This document shows positions 46,724-56,200 of a DNA stretch of 64,000 nucleotides, piece by piece (position 1 is the first letter of the stretch; the number at the start of each line of letters is the position of its first letter). The DNA comes from a virus. The notes under the pieces are model-generated. The model did no database searches. It saw nothing but the letters and a program-made list of their open reading frames with translations, and was not told where the DNA came from. The stretch is from IMG/VR virus record IMGVR_UViG_3300027740_000183, positions 7,260 to 71,259 of that record, one strand, 5' to 3'. Made by a program: the position numbers and the translations under genes.

Positions 46724-47836
46724 ATGACAGATTATAATAGTCCGTATCGTGTAATGGCACACGACCCCTCAATTCCCGCGACATCGATCGACGGAATTCG
46801 TGGCGGGGCTCGCATGGCTAATGGCTCAATTCGTACCTCAAACGGTCCCGCTTTCGGTGCTAATGGCGAACTAAACGCTAGTTCAACTCAAGAACTTATG
46901 CGCGTTATTGGCAAAGTTCTACAAGACGCGCAGCAAACCCGAGTAGTTGCATCTCCAGAAGATGCTTCTATCCGTACCGCACAGCTTCATGACGCAATGG
47001 CAGACAAGAGCGGTGCAAAGTTCCAAGTTCTCGGTGAAGTAATCAGTGAGGATATATGGGAGACCCTTGGAAGAGATGGTTTCTCAAGAAAATTGCTTGC
47101 AGTACAGCCTGTAGCTAACGGTCAAGTCGCTAGAGTCAAAGTTCGCAAAAAGGATGTAGTTGCATACCAAGTTACCAGTGACGTAAAGGTTCAGGAGCAA
47201 AGAATTCGTCAAACATATATTTATCCACCTGAGTTCGTTATCAGCTGCTTACTCATGATTGAGGATAAGGAAATTGCACAGGCTGGTACCGATCTATTGG
47301 ATCAAAAGTATCAGGATGGTCTTGAAGCAATTCTAAGACGGGAAGACTTAATTACCCGCCAACTACTAATTCGTGGTTCCACAACCTTTAACGATTTAGT
47401 TCTATTCCCAACCTTTACACCAGCAGTGCTTAGCACCCTAAAGATCCAGGTTGACCGTTGGGGGAACAGTGCATCAACAATGGTTATTGCATATGATCTA
47501 TGGAATGACATCATTGCTGATACCGATTTCGTACGATTCTGGGATCAGGTTCATAAGCATGAACTAATTCTAGAAGGTCGTCTTGGTTCACTGCTCGGGA
47601 TGGAAATCATCACCGATGGTAACCGTTATCCAACCTTACAGGTTCTTCAACCTGGTGAGGTATTTATAACTGCTAGTCCCGTAACCCTTGGCGCTATTTG
47701 CCAACGCAAAGAGCTTGATTCGAAAGCTTGTGATGGTTACGCACTAGGTCGCGCTGCTCGCGGATGGTTCCTTGAGCAAATTCAAGGTCAAGTCCTTGGC
47801 AACGGTCGCGCAGTATCTCGCGGAGGTCGCATCTAG
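46724..47836 (+). CDS. Major capsid protein (HK97-like fold)
   Basis: 370 aa; own promoter motif, RBS AGGAG and terminator; strong codon bias; G.LG.L.G.EII.D P-domain-like pattern. Confidence 0.75.
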   Translation: MTDYNSPYRVMAHDPSIPATSIDGIRGGARMANGSIRTSNGPAFGANGELNASSTQELMRVIGKVLQDAQQTRVVASPEDASIRTAQLHDAMADKSGAKFQVLGEVISEDIWETLGRDGFSRKLLAVQPVANGQVARVKVRKKDVVAYQVTSDVKVQEQRIRQTYIYPPEFVISCLLMIEDKEIAQAGTDLLDQKYQDGLEAILRREDLITRQLLIRGSTTFNDLVLFPTFTPAVLSTLKIQVDRWGNSASTMVIAYDLWNDIIADTDFVRFWDQVHKHELILEGRLGSLLGMEIITDGNRYPTLQVLQPGEVFITASPVTLGAICQRKELDSKACDGYALGRAARGWFLEQIQGQVLGNGRAVSRGGRI

Positions 47837-47872
47837 TATAGCAGTATCGGATTAACTTAATATATTAAACTT

Positions 47873-47909
47873 GAAAGGCTGGGATGAAAATTCCAGCCTT
47901 TCCTTTTTT
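47873..47909 (+). terminator. Intrinsic terminator after capsid gene
   Basis: GAAAGGCTGG..CCAGCCTTTCCTTTTTT. Confidence 0.8.
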
Positions 47910-47928
47910 AATATTGTAAATATAGAAT

Positions 47929-48579
47929 ATGGAAACTATTATCAAGGCAAGAGGTATATGGATAAATGACAGTTTTGAAAAAAGGTCTTCCTCAGCTAAG
48001 TTAGCCTGCTCTAAAAAGAGCAAAGAAGCTAAACAAGCCTCGTCCTTTGCTAATATGTGGGACAAACCAAAAGAAGAGCTTGATAAAATTAAAGACAGGG
48101 CTTACAAAGCTAGAGAGTCAAAGAGAAAAGAAACTAACGTAAAAATATCTGAAGGTGTTAAAAAGAGCTGGGACGGTATCACACCAGAAAATAAAACTGC
48201 ACGAGTCAAATCCGCTTTAAACCATAGCGCAAAAGAATACATACTAATCAATAATACTATGCAATTTTTTCACAGTTCTTGGGAAGCAGGTTGTGCTAAC
48301 GTGTTTATCCAGTTAGGTATTGAATATGAGACACAAAAAATCTTCCAATTAGGCAAAAATAGGTATTCTGCTGATTTTTATTTACCACACGAAAACATAG
48401 TTATAGAAGTTAAGGGTATGCCCAAAGCGTGGAAAAGATGGCATGAAATTACACTACCGCGAATAAATAAATATTGGGATAGAGATATTAAATTATTCGT
48501 TGTCAGTTTTAACCCTATACTTAAATACAGCACATTGGATCAATTCCTGAACGACATGACATTAATAGTATTAACTTAG
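47929..48579 (+). CDS. Free-standing PD-(D/E)XK endonuclease (homing-like)
   Basis: FHSSWEA....F..LGI.YE.Q......SADFYL....VIEVKG; basic NUMOD-like N-terminus. Confidence 0.7.
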   Translation: METIIKARGIWINDSFEKRSSSAKLACSKKSKEAKQASSFANMWDKPKEELDKIKDRAYKARESKRKETNVKISEGVKKSWDGITPENKTARVKSALNHSAKEYILINNTMQFFHSSWEAGCANVFIQLGIEYETQKIFQLGKNRYSADFYLPHENIVIEVKGMPKAWKRWHEITLPRINKYWDRDIKLFVVSFNPILKYSTLDQFLNDMTLIVLT

Positions 48580-48827
48580 CACTCAGTCTTTCTTGGGGGA
48601 ATAGCGGAAAGAGTACCATCACTATTCCATTGCGCAGAATCACCTGGTAGTATTATTTCGTTTTTTCGAATAAAGGCTTTTCCGACATAAAATCCATTAC
48701 GAATCATTAAAAAGGTAGAATTTTTGGGTCTCCTTATTTGATTACCCCATTTACAAATATAATGTAAAATTATTCCATAAATGTATAAAAGTATTACTAT
48801 AACACTATAAAAAATTACTTTAATCAT
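48576..48827 (-). CDS. Small membrane-anchored protein
   Basis: RBS GGAG; N-terminal TM. Confidence 0.5.
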   Translation of the reverse strand: MIKVIFYSVIVILLYIYGIILHYICKWGNQIRRPKNSTFLMIRNGFYVGKAFIRKNEIILPGDSAQWNSDGTLSAIPPRKTEC

Positions 48828-48853
48828 TCTATTATCACTCCTCCAGTAAAAAA

Positions 48854-49042
48854 TTAGTGTGAATATAAGTCTTTGGGTATATTTCTTAGGTAATCAAAGA
48901 TTGTTTGAATTTCTTCCGCTTCCACGACAGAATATATGTTATTGCTAAAGAAGGGCAAACAAAGCTCACCCTCCGCTTTTTCTACCCATCCCTGTTTAAT
49001 CAGTCTGTCTCTAATTTGGTCTATTGTTGGTGTACTTTTCAT
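48854..49042 (-). CDS. Hypothetical protein
   Basis: RBS AAGGA. Confidence 0.5.
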   Translation of the reverse strand: MKSTPTIDQIRDRLIKQGWVEKAEGELCLPFFSNNIYSVVEAEEIQTIFDYLRNIPKDLYSH

Positions 49043-49064
49043 TATTTATCCTTTTTATTAAATA

Positions 49065-49595
49065 CTATTTAATGGTAACAGATCCTACATATCGCCCATA
49101 ACTACTTTTACAGCTTGTTTTATTATTTGCCCATAGATTAAGAGCTACGATCTGTGCTCTTTTTTCGTTAACAATTTTTACAGCATGTGTTTCGTCTTTA
49201 GCCAGCACGAAAGTAATAATGTGTTGCTTGCTCTCTAATTTTTCATTCCAAGGTATGACTTGACCTGTATACGCGCTAATTTTAGGTAGTGCAGCGTCCC
49301 AGCATTCGATTTCTCCTCCCTTCTCTGTAACCATATTGTAAGAAGAAAGCCTACATTCTGAGTATTCCCCCTCTAATGTCATAGCTACACGATAAGGAAT
49401 TAGGTTTTTAGGTATTTCTGTTACCGCAGGGTTTAGGGTAAACTCCTCGATACTATAATTCTTATAACTTTCCTCGGGGTTGTAACAGTTATAAAATTGA
49501 CAATATTTTTCAGCTAGTTCTTCGGTATCAAAAACGGCACAAATGTGGTAGTCGCTATAACTACCCGATGTTACTATATAAATTATTTTTTCCAT
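49065..49595 (-). CDS. Hypothetical phage protein
   Basis: IYIVTSGSYSDYHICAVF..E.A pattern. Confidence 0.6.
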   Translation of the reverse strand: MEKIIYIVTSGSYSDYHICAVFDTEELAEKYCQFYNCYNPEESYKNYSIEEFTLNPAVTEIPKNLIPYRVAMTLEGEYSECRLSSYNMVTEKGGEIECWDAALPKISAYTGQVIPWNEKLESKQHIITFVLAKDETHAVKIVNEKRAQIVALNLWANNKTSCKSSYGRYVGSVTIK

Positions 49596-49607
49596 ATTTT
49601 TTCCTAT

Positions 49608-49835
49608 CTATTTGTTGCTGTTATTAATTTTAGGCAATCTTACAAAGTCTACCTGATTGTAATTAAATCGTTTAATCACAACATGAAGTATATGTGCTCC
49701 GAATATTCTTTTTGTTTCCGCAGCAAAGTGTCTTGCTTCCATTCTAGTGCAAAATAAGTAAGAAGATATTGCACCATTTGTTTCGAAACCGTACAGCACA
49801 ACCACAGCCCAATTGTAATTTTTATTTCTTTTCAT
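49608..49835 (-). CDS. Hypothetical protein
   Basis: Coupled ORF. Confidence 0.45.
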   Translation of the reverse strand: MKRNKNYNWAVVVLYGFETNGAISSYLFCTRMEARHFAAETKRIFGAHILHVVIKRFNYNQVDFVRLPKINNSNK

Positions 49836-50209
49836 GTTATTTTTTGTACCAATAAAGAATCCAGCATAGTAATGGAATCAGACACTATTATACCAGGGTA
49901 AGGATTGTAGTTATTAACCACATCGTTAAAACGCGGGTAAGTCTCCGCACAAACCATTCCATCATTAAGTATACAACCTGATGGAAATGTGCCTACCAAG
50001 TTACTAACTGTGTATTCAAAACTAAGCAATGCAGCGTTCCACCCCAATTGTGCAACTATTATACAACTACCTGTTTGGACCCTACAAGTAGGTGCATACA
50101 CGTGTTGAAACGCATAAATAGTTCTACCCACCCCCCATTGGGGTGGAATAGTTAAAAATTTTGGTGTGAACTTATGGGTCATTACGATCTCTGTAGAGAG
50201 AAAGCCCAC
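49832..50209 (-). CDS. Hypothetical protein (annotated start lies within MITE; true start uncertain)
   Basis: ORF track. Confidence 0.4.
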   Translation of the reverse strand: MGFLSTEIVMTHKFTPKFLTIPPQWGVGRTIYAFQHVYAPTCRVQTGSCIIVAQLGWNAALLSFEYTVSNLVGTFPSGCILNDGMVCAETYPRFNDVVNNYNPYPGIIVSDSITMLDSLLVQKIT

Positions 50210-50298
50210 CTCTTTAGGGGTGGGTAATTGACTCCAGTATGGTACTGTAACCCGTTATGGTTTTCTTCTTCATTAGTTATTTTATAATATTTTGTCAT
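50182..50298 (-). pseudogene. Truncated paralogue of ankyrin gene N-terminus
   Basis: MTKYYKITNEEENHNGLQYHTG then reads into MITE. Confidence 0.75.
50189..50232 (-). mobile_element. 44-bp IS200/IS605 solo end (family A)
   Basis: GTCAATTACCCACCCCTAAAGAGGTGGGCTTTCTCTCTACAGAG. Confidence 0.8.
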
Positions 50299-50301
50299 TG
50301 G

Positions 50302-50931
50302 TTATTTTTTGGCTTCTTCAATAGCACTACAGGCTTCTTTTAGGGTACTAAATAGTCCTAACCTTGTATATTTGCCTTTTACTACAATCCTAACTCTGTA
50401 TTTATTATCTTTATGGGTTATGCCTCTTAGTAGCCCAGATTTTTTAGTAGTGTTCGGAAATATTCCGTTAGTAGCTTTATCATAAGCCACTAAGGCATCA
50501 TCTAATTTTTTATAACGCCCCGCGTATTTTAATTTATCTTCGAAAGTTAATTGAACTTGATAGTAACCTTTGTGTATAGTAATGCCTAAAGGAAGACCTG
50601 CATATTTAAAATGGTCTTTTGCTTTTCTGTTTTGACTTTGTTCACTAACAGTTATGTATTTACAATTATTAGGGCAATAAATGCCATTGTTGTCTATTCG
50701 TTCTATAGATAGTCCTTTAACCCACCCATGTTGTAACGACCAATACACAAAAGTACTTGGTATTCTTAACCAATCTTGGTATATTGTAATCCCACGTCCT
50801 CCATATCGATGGTAGACAGGATTGTTTTTGTTGTAGCACCTGTCTTTCATGCACATTAGTATGCGATATAGAGGATGCCTGCTTAATCCGTGTTTGTAAT
50901 TGTTATTATTTTTGCCTCTTTGATCGTTCAT
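50302..50931 (-). CDS. HNH homing endonuclease with two AP2-like domains
   Basis: MKDRCYN......YGGRGI...W...F..W....GLSIERIDNNG.YCP.NC; GI..HK..Y.V.....G.Y..L..A repeats. Confidence 0.85.
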   Translation of the reverse strand: MNDQRGKNNNNYKHGLSRHPLYRILMCMKDRCYNKNNPVYHRYGGRGITIYQDWLRIPSTFVYWSLQHGWVKGLSIERIDNNGIYCPNNCKYITVSEQSQNRKAKDHFKYAGLPLGITIHKGYYQVQLTFEDKLKYAGRYKKLDDALVAYDKATNGIFPNTTKKSGLLRGITHKDNKYRVRIVVKGKYTRLGLFSTLKEACSAIEEAKK

Positions 50932-50934
50932 TTT

Positions 50935-52830
50935 TCAGCTATTGACGTCCTCTTTCTCGCCCTCTTCTGGTACCCCAAATTCTTTCTTCTCTATTGGTGC
51001 AGATTCACCATTCCCGTGTTTTTCTATATGTTCCTCTATTAGTTTTATGTTGTTTTTGGTCTCTTCTACTAATGCATCAGGCGCATCGGGAGGCAACTGC
51101 TCCAACACTTTTTTACTCCACACTAAAGCTTCTTCAACACGATCTAGGTCAGCACACACCGTTGCCATTCTTTGACAAGGTAGGTAGGAGTAATACTCTA
51201 TATTTGTCCACCACAACGAAAAGGGTGGCTCCCCAATTGTTAGCGTAGCGTAACTGTAGAAGCGGTACGCGGCTTCGTACTCCTCTTTAAGGTAGAATAT
51301 GTCGCCTAACCACAACCAGTGATCTGCCCTGCTCCAATCGTCTGCTACGCATCCGAATAGGATATCTTTGGCTTTTTTGTGCCAATTCTTGTCTCCCGTC
51401 TCTCCTAGTTTGTCCATGTAAGCTTGTGCCAGTGCTAATCTACATTGGTACTTTTGTGTCCCATTATTGCTCACGGTTAAAAATTGTTCGTAGCGCTCAA
51501 TGGATTTATCGATATTTAGCCCTCTCCACTCTTGAGCCACGTAAAACAGGGAAGCTTCACTACCCCTACTAAGCCAATCGTTTAGCAGTGTAGTTCTGTT
51601 TTGAACCTTGCGCTGTTCCGCCCTCTCTTTTGATCTATCGATAGATCTCTCGTGTAAAGTAACTACTTGGGTTAACTTTACACAATAAGTTCCTGCAGGG
51701 TAATCAACGATATTATGAACGGGGCGTGTGAACCTAATTTCGGGTAGATTTTTTATCAACCATGGAAATGCCCATTGGTTACTACCACCTCTACGGTTAA
51801 CAAAGCCTATTTTAGATTCTTTGGGCATATGTTTGTCTAAATGGCGTAACGTTTCAACCCCTTTAAGTAAGTACTCATGGGCCTCCGTCATGAACAGCCA
51901 TTCAGAACTGCAGCGATCTATACATTGGTTTCTAATGTGGGAAAAGTGTACTTTGCCCTCCCCTTGGTATTCTTCACCAACCCCTTCTGGGTTTTCAAGC
52001 CAAAACGTGGCATCTGCGTACCAACTTGCTATCTCGAATGTATTATCGGTACCTCTTTTATCTACTCCAATCACTATTTCGTCCGCAACTTCCATAAAGC
52101 TTCTTAGTGTTTTTTCAATATCGGCACTTTCGTTACATGCAGGAAATGTCACACTTAACGTGAAATTTTTGTGGGCAATAGGTCCACATACTCCAATAAG
52201 GTATCGATCCCGACAAGCTACATAAACATCTTGGAAGTGTTTCTTCAGTTCGTTCTTGAACTGTAATGCAGTGTACATAATGGTATGTTGAGGTTCTTGC
52301 TCTGGAGGAAGTATATGATTGGGAACACTTATAAACACACCTTTTTTGGATTTTTTGGCAAGTTCGGCAAACAATCTTGTTCTTGTATCGTTGGTTAAAT
52401 GTTCCGCAACTTCTGTGGCGGTATAATAGTCTTGTTCCGGTAACGTGTAGTCACTGTTGAGATCGATAAGGAGTGTGTTTAACCCATTCTTAGAAGCAAT
52501 ATCTAAAGCAGCTTGGCTATGTTCCGCTACAGTGGCAACTACTTGTTTATCTTCTACTAGTTTAGAGCAAAGAATACCTACGCCACCCGCTATATCAGTT
52601 ACAGTACTACCGGAATCAATATGATCAGATATGTAGGTGTACACCTCTTTTAGTGCAGTACCTCTCCAGCTTGTTAAACCCTCAGACGCCCAAATTTGGT
52701 CCCAATTTTGTACCGCGTTGGCAATTTTTGCTCTTTTGTTGATAATGTCCTGGTGTCCCATTATGTTTTCTCCTTGATATTGTTTGTTTCTAAATTTTGT
52801 ACAAATTGTTCCCACAAATCTTTTAACCAT
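50935..52830 (-). CDS. Methyltransferase + GT2 glycosyltransferase + TPR fusion
   Basis: DIAGGVG SAM motif; FPACNE..IE.TL.S...DEIVIGVD; FS.IRN; C-terminal TPR-like helices. Confidence 0.75.
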   Translation of the reverse strand: MVKRFVGTICTKFRNKQYQGENIMGHQDIINKRAKIANAVQNWDQIWASEGLTSWRGTALKEVYTYISDHIDSGSTVTDIAGGVGILCSKLVEDKQVVATVAEHSQAALDIASKNGLNTLLIDLNSDYTLPEQDYYTATEVAEHLTNDTRTRLFAELAKKSKKGVFISVPNHILPPEQEPQHTIMYTALQFKNELKKHFQDVYVACRDRYLIGVCGPIAHKNFTLSVTFPACNESADIEKTLRSFMEVADEIVIGVDKRGTDNTFEIASWYADATFWLENPEGVGEEYQGEGKVHFSHIRNQCIDRCSSEWLFMTEAHEYLLKGVETLRHLDKHMPKESKIGFVNRRGGSNQWAFPWLIKNLPEIRFTRPVHNIVDYPAGTYCVKLTQVVTLHERSIDRSKERAEQRKVQNRTTLLNDWLSRGSEASLFYVAQEWRGLNIDKSIERYEQFLTVSNNGTQKYQCRLALAQAYMDKLGETGDKNWHKKAKDILFGCVADDWSRADHWLWLGDIFYLKEEYEAAYRFYSYATLTIGEPPFSLWWTNIEYYSYLPCQRMATVCADLDRVEEALVWSKKVLEQLPPDAPDALVEETKNNIKLIEEHIEKHGNGESAPIEKKEFGVPEEGEKEDVNS

Positions 52831-52970
52831 AAGTCTAACGAATTTTTGTACTTCTCACCCCACTCGCACTTTTCCCAACTGGTGTTTCCGCACTCAAGTA
52901 TATTACAACTTTTACAATTTTTGTTTCCTAAAGGTCTAATAGGATGATGACAAGTTTTTGGCGGTATCAT
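52761..52970 (-). CDS. Small Cys-rich hypothetical protein
   Basis: ORF track; overlaps the 5' region of the next gene. Confidence 0.35.
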   Translation of the reverse strand: MIPPKTCHHPIRPLGNKNCKSCNILECGNTSWEKCEWGEKYKNSLDLWLKDLWEQFVQNLETNNIKEKT

Positions 52971-52972
52971 AA

Positions 52973-53872
52973 TTAATCACGTACTCCGTAGCAAACCGCA
53001 TTTGCATTAATTATTACTTGGTTTTGTATTTGTGCCACAATACCGCTGTCGTGAACTACATGGAGGGATTTATGTTGATTTAGCACTCCTATCTCAGACG
53101 GGGCAGCGGTAACAAAAATCTCACCAGATTGAAGTATTCGTAATTCAGGGTGTCTGTACCCATCAGTGTACATCTGTATTTTGCCATATAGGCATCCTAA
53201 ATACCCCTCGTATAGCAGACTTTCGGATGTAACAGGATCAAATATAAAAGAAAAATCGGGGTCTATTACAAGCTCTTCCCTATACATATTCATGTTTATA
53301 AAAATGTTAGAGGGAGATAGCCCGTAATATATCATTCTATCGAATATTTTGTTTAAAGTACCTATTGTGCATTTTTTAAACGTAGTACACATATTAGCTG
53401 CTGCAATTAGTAATTTTTTGGTGATATTTTCTTCTTGACCCATTACTTTTTTGAGTATGATTTTATACAAGTTGTGTTTTCGTACCCGTTCAAGAAAATC
53501 TTTTGAAGAGAAGTCACGAGGTAATGTTTTTAGTAAAGGCTTTTCGTCTTCTACCAAAGCAGTAAGTAATTCAAACGTATGTGGGTAAAAATATGATGTT
53601 ACCGTATTTTGATGAGGCAATACAGCACATACTTCATTTCGATCATTAATACTATAGATGTTATTGTTAGGATTAATTCTAACTCTTCCGACTGCATATT
53701 CAGGCAAATATACGTTACTAAGTAATTTTCTTGGTAAGCTTTGACGAATAATTGTGTTCCAAACTTCTGATACAACAGCTTGAAGAGCTGGGTCTGGAAC
53801 ATACTTATTTTGTGTTTCCTGATAGATGTGTTCTGTTTCAGGCAGCCCATCTATATATGATTGATATATCAT
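52973..53872 (-). CDS. Divergent major capsid protein paralogue
   Basis: Aligns by eye to 46724 ORF: RKLL; YFYP vs YIYP; EG.LG.L.G...TDG.R.P.L..LQ.GE.F.TA.P; IQ.QV..N..AV..G. Confidence 0.8.
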   Translation of the reverse strand: MIYQSYIDGLPETEHIYQETQNKYVPDPALQAVVSEVWNTIIRQSLPRKLLSNVYLPEYAVGRVRINPNNNIYSINDRNEVCAVLPHQNTVTSYFYPHTFELLTALVEDEKPLLKTLPRDFSSKDFLERVRKHNLYKIILKKVMGQEENITKKLLIAAANMCTTFKKCTIGTLNKIFDRMIYYGLSPSNIFINMNMYREELVIDPDFSFIFDPVTSESLLYEGYLGCLYGKIQMYTDGYRHPELRILQSGEIFVTAAPSEIGVLNQHKSLHVVHDSGIVAQIQNQVIINANAVCYGVRD

Positions 53873-53892
53873 TTTTATTAATGTTTATTGAC

Positions 53893-54288
53893 CTAAATAT
53901 TTTTGGGCAATTGGTAGTGTCCATCACCATAGTACTGCCCCACTTCAATTTTTTCTACCCTGTACAGTATTTTGTGATACCTGTTATTTCTAGCGTCTTC
54001 GAAAGTAGCGTACCCCATGTTAGCAAGATCTTTCCTTTGTGTATCGCGTGCTAACTCTCTTGTTTTAAAAATACCAAGAATATGGGTATCATAACTGGTT
54101 AGCGTAGTTTCCATACTGTAGAGTACCCATACGTTGTTATTTTGTTTATTACATTTACAAATAGTTTGGTTACACATATTTTTCTCCTTTTTTAATGGTT
54201 CACTTTGTACAATTGTTGCATATAGACCAAATTTTGTCTCTATTTCGGAACACAGGTCTTCTAAGAAATTTTTTTGTTGTTTGTTCAT
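53893..54288 (-). CDS. Hypothetical protein
   Basis: RBS AAGGA; VWVLY...ILGIFKT.E.A pattern. Confidence 0.55.
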   Translation of the reverse strand: MNKQQKNFLEDLCSEIETKFGLYATIVQSEPLKKEKNMCNQTICKCNKQNNNVWVLYSMETTLTSYDTHILGIFKTRELARDTQRKDLANMGYATFEDARNNRYHKILYRVEKIEVGQYYGDGHYQLPKNI

Positions 54289-54299
54289 TTTAGTCCTTT

Positions 54300-55139
54300 T
54301 TAACGATTAACGATCTCCGTAGCGAGAAAGCCCACCCCATCAGAGTGGGTAACTGACTCTTCGCATCCCAATGTTTTTAAATATTCTACAACATCTGTGT
54401 GCCCGACATTTAGCGCACATTTATAAAAATAATCATTATTAAATCTGGGATCGCAACCAATACTAACTAAGTACTTAGTCATTTCTAAATCACCATTCCA
54501 TACTGCCCATTTCAAAGCATAGTTATTTTCAATTCTAGGATCGAAACCTGCACCTATTAAGTATTTTAGTATCTCTAAGTGTCCAGTCCTCGCTGCGCAC
54601 ATAAGAGCTGCGCTATTAGTCACTGGATTGTAACCAATACTAACTAAGTACTTAGTCATTTCTAAATCACCATTCCATACTGCCCCTTTCAAAGTATAGT
54701 TATTTTCCATTCTGGGATCACAACCAAGGCTTATTAAATATTTTACTATTTCCAAGTGCCCGTTTTCTGCTGCCCACACTAAAACGCAATCTTTGCCTAT
54801 CTCATTAGAATAAACTCTTGGATCACAACCATCTGCTACCAATTCTTTAATCACGTCTAGTGTAATCTTTCTTCGCTCTCCCAGTATAACGCGGTGCGCT
54901 TTATAGGCAACAGGTGTACCAGGATTGGTATAAACCTCTTCTCCCTCCGGTAATGTTACTTCCCTGATCCAAGATCCATAATTTAAAAAAGCTATAATGT
55001 CTACAGAAGCGAAATAAATACCGCCTTCCTCACAATCTTCCCTGGGATTAAAGGGCAGTGGGTCCACATTAAGTCCTGTATGGTACTGTAACCCGTTATG
55101 AATTTCTTTCTTGTTAGTTATTTTGTAATACTTTGTCGT
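54300..55139 (-). CDS. Ankyrin-repeat protein with YYKITN..HNGLQY..GLN N-terminal domain; ACG at expected start
   Basis: WAAENGHLEIVKYL-type repeats; frame open to 55139, AGGAG 7 nt upstream of ACG; C-terminus read from MITE. Confidence 0.85.
   Translation of the reverse strand, partial: TTKYYKITNKKEIHNGLQYHTGLNVDPLPFNPREDCEEGGIYFASVDIIAFLNYGSWIREVTLPEGEEVYTNPGTPVAYKAHRVILGERRKITLDVIKELVADGCDPRVYSNEIGKDCVLVWAAENGHLEIVKYLISLGCDPRMENNYTLKGAVWNGDLEMTKYLVSIGYNPVTNSAALMCAARTGHLEILKYLIGAGFDPRIENNYALKWAVWNGDLEMTKYLVSIGCDPRFNNDYFYKCALNVGHTDVVEYLKTLGCEESVTHSDGVGFLATEIVNR
54315..54357 (-). mobile_element. 43-bp IS200/IS605 solo end (family A)
   Basis: GTCAGTTACCCACTCTGATGGGGTGGGCTTTCTCGCTACGGAG. Confidence 0.8.
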
Positions 55140-55152
55140 ACTTTTTCTCCTT

Positions 55153-55842
55153 TTAGGATAAATTATAAAAATCTTTTGTATTCAATTTAGTCTCTACAGC
55201 TACTTGTTTACACCATTCTAAGTGGTCAACTCCGTTTTCGTTATGAGAATCGGAACTACAAATAAACCTACAACCCAATTTTTTCGCCATTGTTATATAT
55301 TTGCAACAAAGATCTTGACGAATCCCATTAATTTCTAACGCTACTCTATATTTTGCTGCCGCGTTAAAAATAAGTTCATGATTCATTGGGGAAGGGTCTC
55401 TAACACCTATTATTGCATTGGTGGGGTGTGCTACCGCATCTATTTTATTGCTACAAATTGCTGTCATTAATCTGTTGGTGGTATTTTCATTATGCTCTCT
55501 ATGTATTGCACCTGTAACAAAATCAAACATTTGTAGTAGTTCTGGATCCATGTCTAAATTTCCATCTATGTCTATGTCTACCTCAATGCCTGGAATAACA
55601 TGAATATTATTGGCTAAAGATGCAAACACACATTCTTTTTTGTAATTAAGAACATCCTGTTTAGTACTAAATTTGGAAGAATAGCTGTGATCTGTAATTA
55701 TTATAGTAGCATAGTTATTACATTTGTATAAATATGCAAGTCTGTCGATAGTTACATGGCTATCAACATCAGGGCTCCAGTTAGAATGTATGTGGTAATC
55801 TATGGGAGGGAGAGGAGAAACAGAGTCATAATACATTTTCAA
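55153..55842 (-). CDS. PHP-domain phosphoesterase (PolX/YcdX-type)
   Basis: DYHIHS..S.D; ITDHS; GIEVDI; AIH; AHPT; ALEIN; SSDSH. Confidence 0.9.
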   Translation of the reverse strand: MKMYYDSVSPLPPIDYHIHSNWSPDVDSHVTIDRLAYLYKCNNYATIIITDHSYSSKFSTKQDVLNYKKECVFASLANNIHVIPGIEVDIDIDGNLDMDPELLQMFDFVTGAIHREHNENTTNRLMTAICSNKIDAVAHPTNAIIGVRDPSPMNHELIFNAAAKYRVALEINGIRQDLCCKYITMAKKLGCRFICSSDSHNENGVDHLEWCKQVAVETKLNTKDFYNLS

Positions 55843-55882
55843 TGCCTTTCTAATGCTGAGCCTTTCTAATGCTGATTTTTTA

Positions 55883-55929
55883 GTCCCAATCTGTAAGGTG
55901 TTGGAATACCTTATAGTCTTCTTTTACAA
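55883..55929 (-). repeat. Solo leader+CRISPR-like repeat (repeat 55883-55918)
   Basis: TTGTAAAAGAA GACTATAAGGTATTCCAACACCTTACAGATTGGGAC on minus strand, upstream of PHP gene. Confidence 0.9.
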
Positions 55930-55974
55930 TTTTTAAGGATGTAGATGCGAATTTTTTGTTTATTTTTGTTGCCA

Positions 55975-56200
55975 TCAAGCTAAGAGTTTTGGATCTCCTC
56001 CAGCTTCTAGAATGATGTTAGCCAATTCTGTATTTTTAGTTCTATGAGCATAGTGAAGAATACTGATTTGACACTCCCAGGGCGGGCTTGCGGTGCTAGA
56101 ATCTGTCATTTTTAAAAGTCTTGGGATCTACATTTAATTCATCGCGGTACTGTAGTCCATACTGACTCTCCTTCTCGTTAGTGATTTTGTAGTAGTCCAT
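55975..56200 (-). pseudogene. Fragmented third paralogue of ankyrin gene
   Basis: 56096-56200 MDYYKITNEKESQYGLQYRDELNVDP; 55975-56109 in another frame LHYA...NTELANIILEAGGD. Confidence 0.7.
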
